Positions 37,761-46,268 of a DNA stretch of 64,000 nt are shown piece by piece. The notes under the pieces are model-generated. The model ran no database searches. It saw only the letters and a program-made list of their open reading frames with translations, and was not told the origin of the DNA. Numbering within the stretch: position 1 is the stretch's first letter; each line of letters starts with the position of its first letter. Made by a program: the position numbers and the translations under genes. The DNA is from Oceanispirochaeta sp. (lineage in GTDB: Bacteria; Spirochaetota; Spirochaetia; DSM-2461). Location of the stretch: assembly GCA_963663385.2 (NCBI GenBank), contig CAXXXD010000001.1, positions 416,001-480,000 on the forward strand. Direction: 5' to 3'.

Positions 37761-39038
37761 ATGCATAAATATGAAATTGAAGGTGGTTTTCCTGTAAAAG
37801 GTAAAATCCGTGCCAGCGGGAATAAAAATGCAGCGCTGCCCTGTATAGCTGCTGTACTGTTAACAGATGAAGTTGTTGAATTAGAAAATATTCCGGAAAT
37901 CGAAGATGTAGGGGTCATGATAGATATCCTTACTCATCTTGGGTGTAAAGTCGAAAAGGTTAAACCCAATCATTTTAAATTTAAAATGAATGATATAAAA
38001 AATGATGTTCCTGCATCAATGGCATCAGTTGTCAGAGCATCTATTCTATTTGCCGGACCCTTGTTAGCAAGAACAGGTAAGGTTATTCTTCCTCCTCCCG
38101 GTGGGGATGTTATAGGGCGAAGAAGACTGGACACTCATTTTCTGGCTTTGACATCACTTGGTGCAAGAGTGGAAATTGATGGTCAGTTTGTCATTACAGC
38201 CAACAAACTGGTTGGGGTTGATATGTTTCTGGATGAAGCTTCGGTAACTGCTACCGAAAATGCCGTAATGGCGGCAGTATTGGCAGAAGGAAAAACTGTA
38301 ATTCAGAATGCGGCTTCCGAACCACATATTCAGGATCTTTGTCATATGCTGAATAATATGGGTGCCAGGATAACAGGTATTGGTTCCAATATTCTCTATA
38401 TAGAGGGAGTGAAAAAACTTAAAGGAACCAGTTTTTCCATAGGAGCTGATTTTATGGAAGTTGGCTCCTATATAGGATTGGCAGCTGTAACAAGAGGTGA
38501 GCTTGAAATAGTAAATGCCAACCCGGAAAACATGAGAATGTGTAAGATTGCTTTCGGGAAGCTTGGAATTCACTGGCAGTCGGAGGGCAACTCCATATAT
38601 GTCCCGCCCAGTCAGAATCTGAAAGTTCAAAGTGATATGGGAGGTATGATCCCTCAAATTGATGATGCTCCCTGGCCCGGGTTTCCACCGGATCTGACAA
38701 GTATTATCACTGTTGTGGCGACACAGGTCGAAGGAACTATCCTTATACATGAAAAAATGTTTGAGTCAAGGATGTTCTTTGTGGATAAACTGATATCCAT
38801 GGGAGCCGGAATAATTCTCTGTGATCCTCATAGAGCGGTTGTGAGTGGTCCTCGTATACTTACGGGGTCAGATTTAGTTTCACCTGATGTTCGTGCCGGT
38901 ATGGCAATGGTGATAGCAGCTCTTTGTGCAAGAGGAAAAAGTACGATTCATAATGTTTATCAGATAGAAAGGGGTTATGAATCGCTCTCTGATAAATTAT
39001 CCAGTCTTGGTGCTCACATTAAAAGAATTAAAGAATAA
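37761..39038 (+). CDS. murA: UDP-N-acetylglucosamine 1-carboxyvinyltransferase (Asp-type active site)
   Basis: GNKNAALP, RAS, PGGDVIGRR, SVTATEN, IERGYE. Confidence 0.96.
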   Translation: MHKYEIEGGFPVKGKIRASGNKNAALPCIAAVLLTDEVVELENIPEIEDVGVMIDILTHLGCKVEKVKPNHFKFKMNDIKNDVPASMASVVRASILFAGPLLARTGKVILPPPGGDVIGRRRLDTHFLALTSLGARVEIDGQFVITANKLVGVDMFLDEASVTATENAVMAAVLAEGKTVIQNAASEPHIQDLCHMLNNMGARITGIGSNILYIEGVKKLKGTSFSIGADFMEVGSYIGLAAVTRGELEIVNANPENMRMCKIAFGKLGIHWQSEGNSIYVPPSQNLKVQSDMGGMIPQIDDAPWPGFPPDLTSIITVVATQVEGTILIHEKMFESRMFFVDKLISMGAGIILCDPHRAVVSGPRILTGSDLVSPDVRAGMAMVIAALCARGKSTIHNVYQIERGYESLSDKLSSLGAHIKRIKE

Positions 39039-39039
39039 C

Positions 39040-39085
39040 TTATACAGGGAGTATATCTATTTAATAGGATTAACTCCCTGTATAA
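39040..39085. terminator. 13-bp inverted repeat after murA (terminator-like)
   Basis: TTATACAGGGAGT...ACTCCCTGTATAA. Confidence 0.6.
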
Positions 39086-39090
39086 TATAG

Positions 39091-39314
39091 TTATTCACAA
39101 GTTATCCACATAGCATTTCTTTTTTTCTTAATTCTAAAAAAACTATATAGATTGTATTTAAATATTCAACTGTAATAATAATTTCTTTTGTATTATAAAA
39201 TTATTTTATATAAATATAAAATTTGAATAAGAAAATCATTAACTGCAAATATGTAAAAAATAAAAAAACAATGTTATCCGCAACTTATTCACAATTTTAC
39301 ACAAGTTATTCACA
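39091..39314 (+). promoter_or_regulatory. Satellite DnaA-box cluster
   Basis: Co-oriented boxes at 39091, 39102, 39274, 39285, 39295 and 39306. Confidence 0.8.
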
Positions 39315-39929
39315 AGCAGTTACTAGGATATATCCTGAACCGTTTGTATTTTGTATCTTTAGCAGTTCAGGGAATATGTCCGGTGCAAATTCATATAACT
39401 TTTTTTTCAATTTAGAAATACTGACGTAGAGGCTGTTTTCATGATTTTCAGACTGAATATTTATAAATTGAGAGATGGCTTGATATGTAACAACCTGATT
39501 TATATTCTTAAAAAGAATTGATAGAATTTTTGTTTCCCGTTTTGATAACTTTTTTAATTTTTCATTAATACGTATTCCTGAATTCAGTAGCTCTATAGAA
39601 TTCTGTCCAATATTGATTTTTTCAAGATTTAGAATTTTATCAACTCTCAGAATCAATTCTAAGATATCCCATGGATTCTTCAGATAATCCAAAGCTCCCA
39701 GGCAGTAAGCTTCCTCCAGGTAGAAAGCTTCCCCGTAGGCAATAATCTGTTGTCCTTTCATTTTTCTATTTAAGAAAATAAACTGTTCTACCGGAAGTAT
39801 CACAAGATTATAAGAATTAAAATCAGAAAATTTCTCCTCAAAAACACATTTTCTATAAAAATCAGGGTATTTATATCTCAGAGTTGAAATTATATCAGGG
39901 TGAAATGCAACACACAGAATGAAATTCAT
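39306..39929 (-). CDS. OmpR-type winged-helix regulator with degenerate receiver domain
   Basis: GALDYLKNPW; LSKRETKILSIL; SLYVSISKLKKKL; GSGYIL. Confidence 0.75.
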   Translation of the reverse strand: MNFILCVAFHPDIISTLRYKYPDFYRKCVFEEKFSDFNSYNLVILPVEQFIFLNRKMKGQQIIAYGEAFYLEEAYCLGALDYLKNPWDILELILRVDKILNLEKINIGQNSIELLNSGIRINEKLKKLSKRETKILSILFKNINQVVTYQAISQFINIQSENHENSLYVSISKLKKKLYEFAPDIFPELLKIQNTNGSGYILVTACE

Positions 39930-39956
39930 AAAAAAAACCGGGCAATGAAGCCCGGT
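39930..39956 (-). terminator. Intrinsic terminator after the STAS gene
   Basis: ACCGGGC-ttcatt-GCCCGGT plus T tract on minus strand. Confidence 0.8.
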
Positions 39957-39961
39957 ATCAA

Positions 39962-40516
39962 TTACCCAAGAAAAACCTGACCGGTATTATCTATAGCCAG
40001 AATAGTTTTACACTCGCTACAGCGGAATCTTCCAGGTTTTGTTGCTTTCAGCTTTTTCGAACAGATAGGACATCTGAATATTTTTGGAAAAATATCGCTT
40101 GATTTCGTTTCACCTTCACTTTCAAAAAATGCAACAGCTTCATCAAGGTTATCTTTGATATTAAAAAATTGAGAAAACCCCAGTAACTGAAATACTTCAT
40201 ATACCTTGGGTTGTATTTCCAGTAGTACTAGATTTCCTCCTCGTGGCTTTACTGTTTTAAGAAAAGCAGTAAATGAACCAATTCCTGTACTGGATACATA
40301 ATTTAAGCTTCCGCAGTGGAAAATTAATCTTGTATACCCAGACTCTATGGCTTTATTAACTCTTTTCTGAAAAAGATTGGAGTTATATGTATCGATATAA
40401 CCAGTAAGATATAAAACCATACATCCTTTAACAGAGTCAATTTTCTGTAATCTGATTTTAAGGCTGTCGTCTTTTTCTATATCAAATCCAGGTACTATCT
40501 CATTGTTCCCACTCAT
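39962..40516 (-). CDS. Anti-sigma-factor antagonist (STAS) with C-terminal zinc ribbon
   Basis: LNYVSSTGIG, VFQLLGF; CPIC...CSEC. Confidence 0.88.
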   Translation of the reverse strand: MSGNNEIVPGFDIEKDDSLKIRLQKIDSVKGCMVLYLTGYIDTYNSNLFQKRVNKAIESGYTRLIFHCGSLNYVSSTGIGSFTAFLKTVKPRGGNLVLLEIQPKVYEVFQLLGFSQFFNIKDNLDEAVAFFESEGETKSSDIFPKIFRCPICSKKLKATKPGRFRCSECKTILAIDNTGQVFLG

Positions 40517-40704
40517 ATACTAATCACCTTTAAAATTATGTAACTTGCTTATTAGAATATACAACCTCTATTCTATTAATCTGACATTGATTTGTCAAAT
40601 AAATAAAAAGAGTTATTTTTTATTATATTAAAAATAGCAGGCCTTCTTGATATATGCTAAATCCGGGTATAACATTAAGTAATCCCTGTTTTCTGGAGAG
40701 TTTA

Positions 40705-41181
40705 ATGAAAAATAAATTAGTTTATATCATTCTTTTTGTTTGTTTCTCTCTCTTTGCACAGGAAGCAACATTGAATGGCCCTGAAAATTTTTCATTTACC
40801 ACTACAATAAAATATCTAAATTTCTGTACTGTTAGCGAATTAAACTCATTAATGGAAAATGAAACTTGGCTTTTATTGGACGGCTCCCTCTCTTCACTTA
40901 CTCTTCTTTCCGCAAAAGGTGAAGAATATCTGCTGGAAGCTCTTCTTGTACAGGGGGAGTGGAAAGAAATGGATGAAGTTCTTAAATATGAGTGTAAACT
41001 AATATTTAAAGGTGATTACTGGGAAAATATTGTTCCGGAAAGAACTCCAAGAAAAGTAAGTGAAGATATGATTTTACTGAATTCTCATGTTCTTGTTTTA
41101 GGCAAAGTAATAGGGCATGAAAGTGTTGAAAATACGAATATACCTTATATTAAGGTTAATCAGATAAGGATTATTCCCTGA
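40705..41181 (+). CDS. Exported hypothetical protein
   Basis: Signal peptide MKNKLVYIILFVCFSLFA-QE. Confidence 0.7.
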   Translation: MKNKLVYIILFVCFSLFAQEATLNGPENFSFTTTIKYLNFCTVSELNSLMENETWLLLDGSLSSLTLLSAKGEEYLLEALLVQGEWKEMDEVLKYECKLIFKGDYWENIVPERTPRKVSEDMILLNSHVLVLGKVIGHESVENTNIPYIKVNQIRIIP

Positions 41182-41186
41182 TGGCG

Positions 41187-42272
41187 TTAATTAAATGATA
41201 TATGAGTATCTTTAATAACTATTTCATAGGCTGAGTGAATTTCTGCCCTTCTTATTGTGGACAGCAACTCCCTCACATTACCAGGCCAGTCATAATCCAT
41301 TAACTTATTTAAAGCGCTGGTGCTGAATCTTTTTTCTATTTTCCTTTTATCAAGAAAAAAATTACATAAATAGGGGATATCCTCTTTATGGTCCCTTAAT
41401 GGAGGGATTGTAATAATCAAAGTGTTGATTCTATAGTACAAATCTTCTCTGAAAGAGCCTGATTTTACCATTTCTTTTAAGTTTTTTGATGTTGCTGTAA
41501 TGATGCGAGTATGAATTTTCTTTTGTTCCGTACTGCCGATAGGGTTGATGGTTTTGGTTTCTATTGCTCTTAACAGTTTAGATTGCATAGGAAGAGAAAT
41601 ATCGCCGATTTCATCGAGAAAGAGTGTTCCGTTTTGAGCTCTTTCAAAAAAGCCAATTCTGTTGACTGAACCGGTAAAAGCTCCTTTTACTGATCCGAAA
41701 AGTTCTGATTCGATGAGGGAATCCGGTATAGCGCTGCAATTAAGTGTAATGAATTCGCCATCCATTTTACTGGTTCTATGCAGTGATTTGGCTATAACTT
41801 CCTTACCTGAACCGGTTTCTCCCAATAGAGTAACAGTCTCGCTGTAGGGAGCAAATTTTCTTATACTATTTTTGATTTCCCTGATACAGTTTGATTCTCC
41901 GATTATATCCATATCTTCACTAATTTGATGGATATATCTGGATTTATAATAGTGGTAATACTGTATAATATATCTGCGTACTTCATCCACATCATATTTG
42001 AAGGGAAAATATCTGGCTGAATTCTGAATATGGGATGCTATAGAGTGTAAGTCATCATCATGATTTCCCAGTAGAATAAGTTTTTCATAGTAGGATAATA
42101 AAACAGTCTTAGAAAAACCTTCCAATTGAGATATCTCTGTGATTATCAGATCTGAAGTAATGAGAGACTCTTTAGACAACGCCTCTTCTTTGTAAAGTAT
42201 GTTTACTGTTGCTGGTAATAGGGGTTTGAGTTGCTGGTAGAACTCTTTCTTTGCAGATACAAGTAATGTCAT
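41187..42272 (-). CDS. Sigma-54-dependent activator (AAA+) with no C-terminal HTH
   Basis: GETGSGKE, ESELFG, GAFTGS, LFLDEIG, FREDLYYRI, WPGNVREL. Confidence 0.92.
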   Translation of the reverse strand: MTLLVSAKKEFYQQLKPLLPATVNILYKEEALSKESLITSDLIITEISQLEGFSKTVLLSYYEKLILLGNHDDDLHSIASHIQNSARYFPFKYDVDEVRRYIIQYYHYYKSRYIHQISEDMDIIGESNCIREIKNSIRKFAPYSETVTLLGETGSGKEVIAKSLHRTSKMDGEFITLNCSAIPDSLIESELFGSVKGAFTGSVNRIGFFERAQNGTLFLDEIGDISLPMQSKLLRAIETKTINPIGSTEQKKIHTRIITATSKNLKEMVKSGSFREDLYYRINTLIITIPPLRDHKEDIPYLCNFFLDKRKIEKRFSTSALNKLMDYDWPGNVRELLSTIRRAEIHSAYEIVIKDTHISFN

Positions 42273-42328
42273 TGCGTTTTCCTTTAGTTAACAGCTATGA
42301 CATTATTATATCCATAAAAGCATTTTTA

Positions 42329-42775
42329 TCAATCAATAATATTCAGATATTCATGTATCTCTTTCCAGTCAATTCGTAAACAGTTAGATACTCTTCGTCC
42401 AATTATTGTTCTGAAATAGGAAAAAGAGAAGAAACACCCTATCAGGGTACTCACAAGACCAGGTATTATTAGTAAGAAAGAAATAACTAATGTACCCGGA
42501 AGTTTTTGGTAATTTTTGACTGAAAGAATATTACTCTTCAGGTTTTCATCTATTTGTTTCAGTGTTTTATTAATCATAATTCCGGAAAAGAAGAATCCTG
42601 ACAAACTAATTGCCATCAGAATAGCAAGAAAAAGATACACTCCCAGTATCTGAGCCATCCTGATAATAAGGAAGCAGTCTAAAAGGGGAATTAATGCCAG
42701 AATAAGTAGAATGTGAAGAATCTTTCTTGTGAATTCCGGCTGAAGTATACGAATTAATATTTTAAGATTCAGCAT
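42329..42775 (-). CDS. FxsA-like membrane protein
   Basis: Hydrophobic; IPLLD, FLLIIPGLVS..IG. Confidence 0.65.
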   Translation of the reverse strand: MLNLKILIRILQPEFTRKILHILLILALIPLLDCFLIIRMAQILGVYLFLAILMAISLSGFFFSGIMINKTLKQIDENLKSNILSVKNYQKLPGTLVISFLLIIPGLVSTLIGCFFSFSYFRTIIGRRVSNCLRIDWKEIHEYLNIID

Positions 42776-42812
42776 GGGGCGATCATATCATTATTCATTT
42801 GGAACAGCAATA

Positions 42813-43541
42813 TTAGCGGAATTTGATTTTATCGATTGTTATCAGTATCAGAAACAGGAGAATTCTAAATAAACGCCAGGGAAGAATAATTGATAAAACA
42901 GATTCTCTGATAAACTTAAAACCTCTCATATCAGATGGTTTACCTTTTTTTCCCGAAAATACTTCAAAACAACCTTTTCCCCACATTGATAAACCATTTG
43001 CAAATGATTTACGGTTTCTATACAACCACAGATTGTTCCCCTTAAGGCCTTTTCCAGTTAATAAGAGGGTTGGAGAAGATTTTTTTATGGCTGTAAGTAC
43101 ATTCTCCTCCTCCATATTGGAAAAAGAACCGGCATAACGTCCTACAATCTGCAGATCTGGGAAAGACGCACGCAGATTTTTCTCTGATAAAAGGATATTC
43201 TGTTTTCTGGAACCCAGAATATAGATTGATTTATTGTATTTCTCGAGTATCCCTAATAACCTGATCATAAATGTAAAAGGATTATGAACAGTGGGTTTAT
43301 CAAGCTTTAGCCAGGAAGCTGCAAATCTGGCGGATATTGTTATTGGGATATTTAGAGACGATTCTTTGAAACAACTCATTATCTCTTTATTAAACTGAGC
43401 TTTCATAATATCCCTGAATGTAATAAAACATATTTGATTGATTTTCCCGTTATCAATCAAGTTTTTAATGGTGTCTTCCATTTTATTACCATCAATATTA
43501 TCTATGGGAACTCTCAATACAGATAATTTATTTGAACTCAC
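42813..43541 (-). CDS. WecB/TagA/CpsF-family glycosyltransferase-like protein
   Basis: VLRVPID, IYILGS, FPDLQIVG, GCFEVFSG, PWRL. Confidence 0.75.
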   Translation of the reverse strand: MSSNKLSVLRVPIDNIDGNKMEDTIKNLIDNGKINQICFITFRDIMKAQFNKEIMSCFKESSLNIPITISARFAASWLKLDKPTVHNPFTFMIRLLGILEKYNKSIYILGSRKQNILLSEKNLRASFPDLQIVGRYAGSFSNMEEENVLTAIKKSSPTLLLTGKGLKGNNLWLYRNRKSFANGLSMWGKGCFEVFSGKKGKPSDMRGFKFIRESVLSIILPWRLFRILLFLILITIDKIKFR

Positions 43542-44270
43542 TTATATTAACTCCATAACAGTTATAACCGCTGAAACTGCAAAAAGCGCAGCTGTTTCAG
43601 TTCGCAGCACATTGCTGCCCAGATAGAAAGGAGTATAGCCTTTCTTATCTAATTCATTTAATTCATTTGCGGACAGGCCACCTTCCGGACCAATTACTAT
43701 ATTAATAGAATCCTTATTATTTTGAAATAATGGTGAGAGAGAATTTTCTTTTATATAATTCTGATGACAGTAATACCCCATCTCTCTTTCAGACAGAGAG
43801 GGCAAGTCTGGTATTTTTAACGGATTCGAAAGCGTAGTCCGGACAGGAGAACCGCTCTGTTGAAGAGCTTCCTTGATAATTTTATCCCAACGGACTCTCT
43901 TTTTTTCAAAATCATAACTTTTAATATGAACAAGAGAGTGATCACTATATAAAGGGATTATCTCCTGTACCCCCGCTTCGGTGGCCTGACGTATAATGGA
44001 ATCCATTTTTTTTCCTTTAGGAAGGCAGCATAGTAATCGGAGAGAGTATTCTTTCCCGTCTATTTCTCCCTCTTCTCCTATAAGGATGGTGCAGTCTGCT
44101 TCTCTGACATCAGATAAAAGGGCGTGGAATAATTTTCCTTCCATATCCCGGAGAACAAGAGACTGACCCTTTCTACAACGTCTTACATGACAGAGATAGT
44201 GGAATTCCTCTCCTTCCAGAGTAATGGAAAGCCCTTGCCGGCAGAGTTGGCGAACAAGATACTGTTTCAA
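43542..44270 (-). CDS. rsmE: 16S rRNA m3U1498 methyltransferase
   Basis: HVRR, QATEAGV, IGPEGGL, LGSNVLRTETA. Confidence 0.95.
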   Translation of the reverse strand: MKQYLVRQLCRQGLSITLEGEEFHYLCHVRRCRKGQSLVLRDMEGKLFHALLSDVREADCTILIGEEGEIDGKEYSLRLLCCLPKGKKMDSIIRQATEAGVQEIIPLYSDHSLVHIKSYDFEKKRVRWDKIIKEALQQSGSPVRTTLSNPLKIPDLPSLSEREMGYYCHQNYIKENSLSPLFQNNKDSINIVIGPEGGLSANELNELDKKGYTPFYLGSNVLRTETAALFAVSAVITVMELI

Positions 44271-44674
44271 TTTCTGTCCTCAATTATTCTGATTTGAACA
44301 TTTCTGTTTCTGGGGCCGTCATATTCGCAGAAATATATACCCTGCCAGGTACCAAGTGTCAATTGACCTTTATGAATAGGGATCATCAGATGGAATCCTG
44401 TAAATGTTGCCTTTATATGAGCAGCTGAATTCCCTTCAAAATGCAGGTAGCTATCATTAAAAGGAACGATTTTATTGATTTCCTTAATCATATCCTTTTT
44501 AACATCCGGATCAGCATTTTCATTTATTGTTAATCCTGCTGTTGTGTGAGGACAATAAACCAGACACATCCCTTCCAAAGCATTCTCTTCTGAGAGAATA
44601 GATTGAATCGAATCACTGATATTTATCATTTCCGTTGCAGTTGATGATTTTACAGAAATAGTATGAAATCCCAT
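44267..44674 (-). CDS. yjbQ: YjbQ/UPF0047 family protein
   Basis: HTTAGLTINENADPDV, GNSAAHIK, LGTWQGIYFCEYDG. Confidence 0.93.
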   Translation of the reverse strand: MGFHTISVKSSTATEMINISDSIQSILSEENALEGMCLVYCPHTTAGLTINENADPDVKKDMIKEINKIVPFNDSYLHFEGNSAAHIKATFTGFHLMIPIHKGQLTLGTWQGIYFCEYDGPRNRNVQIRIIEDRN

Positions 44675-46074
44675 TATTTCTCCCCGTTAATCAGTTCCAT
44701 GACTTTCTGAAGAGCCAGATCAAATTCAAGATCAAAAACAGGAGGGTCATCCATTCTCCTGTTAACTTCATTTCTAATCATTATTTTCAGAAACTGTTCA
44801 TCCAGTTCTATTCCTTCCTCACGGAGGGAACTGATGAGTTTTTCAATATCTCTGTTGCTGGGAGTATTGTTATCATTTACAAAATTCCCTATCTTATTTT
44901 CTTCTATAAGAATTTTATAATCTTCAATATCAGATTCAGACAGCTCTTCTTCCTTGACAGAGATATCCGGATCAATTCCTGTTTTATCAATATTTACGCC
45001 ACTAGGTGTATAATACCGGGCCATAGTCAGTTTTATGGCGCTATTACCCAGCATCAGCATCTGTTGAACAGAACCTTTACCATAGGTTGTATCACCAACA
45101 ATAACAGCTCGGCCTCTATCTTTCATAACTCCTGTCAGGATTTCTGAAGCAGAAGCTGATCCATTATCAATAAGCATATAGATATCTGTTGAATCAGGGA
45201 TGATTTTTCCGGCTTCTGCCTTATATATCTCATTCTCTCCGGGAATCCGAGACCTTGTACTGACAATGGTTCCATTTTCAAAAAAGAAATCACTGATTTC
45301 AACAACGGAATTCAACAACCCGCCGGGATTGTTCCTGACATCTATAACTATGGAATCCACCTGTTTTTTACGGAAGCTGTCTAACGCCTCTTCAACTCTC
45401 AGTGCGGTATAGGGAGTAAACTGGATAATTCTGAGATATCCTGTAGTTTTATTTATATAGTCCCATTTAACAGTAGGGATCTCAATATTATCCCTTGTTA
45501 ACTGTACATTGAATGTAATATCATTGCCTCTGAGAAAGGTTACCTCCACGTTTGTACCGGCTACGCCTCTCAACAAATTGGATACTTCATCGGTAGAGAG
45601 GTCTTTGGCAGATTCATTATTGATTTTATAGATATAATCTCCTGCATGTATTCCCGCTCTATAGGCTGGAGTTCCTTCTATAGGGGCCACAACTTTTACA
45701 TAGGGGCGACGACCGTTAGGATTATCCTCATCAAAGAAATCCTTGGATATATAGAGACCGACACCGCCGAAACGACCGCTGGTTGTATCAGTCAGAGACT
45801 GTAATTCGTCTTCATGAAGATAAAGTGAATAGGGATCATCCAGGCTTTCAAAAAGCCCTTTCATGGCACCCTGAAATAAGGTTTCCGGAGGAATTTCGTC
45901 AACATAATTTCTTAAAATAAGATAGTAAGCTGTTTCGAACATTCTCAGATAATTTTCTGTTGAGGTGCCGGAAGACTGGGCTGCTACTGTGGGAGCCAGA
46001 AGAATCACGGAAAGTCCCAACAGAAGAGAAAATGTCAGAGATATCCATAAAACCCGTTCAGTTTTTCTTTTCAT
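44674..46074 (-). CDS. ctpA: S41 carboxy-terminal processing protease
   Basis: LDDPYS, PDZ GVGL, DVRNNPGG, SASASE, TYGKGSVQ; start taken at MKRKTER. Confidence 0.93.
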   Translation of the reverse strand: MKRKTERVLWISLTFSLLLGLSVILLAPTVAAQSSGTSTENYLRMFETAYYLILRNYVDEIPPETLFQGAMKGLFESLDDPYSLYLHEDELQSLTDTTSGRFGGVGLYISKDFFDEDNPNGRRPYVKVVAPIEGTPAYRAGIHAGDYIYKINNESAKDLSTDEVSNLLRGVAGTNVEVTFLRGNDITFNVQLTRDNIEIPTVKWDYINKTTGYLRIIQFTPYTALRVEEALDSFRKKQVDSIVIDVRNNPGGLLNSVVEISDFFFENGTIVSTRSRIPGENEIYKAEAGKIIPDSTDIYMLIDNGSASASEILTGVMKDRGRAVIVGDTTYGKGSVQQMLMLGNSAIKLTMARYYTPSGVNIDKTGIDPDISVKEEELSESDIEDYKILIEENKIGNFVNDNNTPSNRDIEKLISSLREEGIELDEQFLKIMIRNEVNRRMDDPPVFDLEFDLALQKVMELINGEK

Positions 46075-46268
46075 TATAAATGTATCCTTTGAGAGGTATT
46101 GTATGATCTGGCAGTTCTTTGTCAACACCTTTACTTGACCTGTAATTCAATCAGTTTTAAACTGAAGATCATATAGTATATAGTAATAGAATGCTTCATT
46201 TTTCACAAACAATCTGTTTCTGTACGGATTGAAACTTGAAATAGTAGTTAAATATTTATGCAGGAGAG

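Noticed and set aside
39223..39429. 68-aa ORF
   Set aside because: It runs through the DnaA-box array and antisense to the regulator; no SD
18800..46000. Low-GC genomic island or prophage
   Set aside because: Content is core replication and housekeeping genes; no integrase, transposase or att repeats
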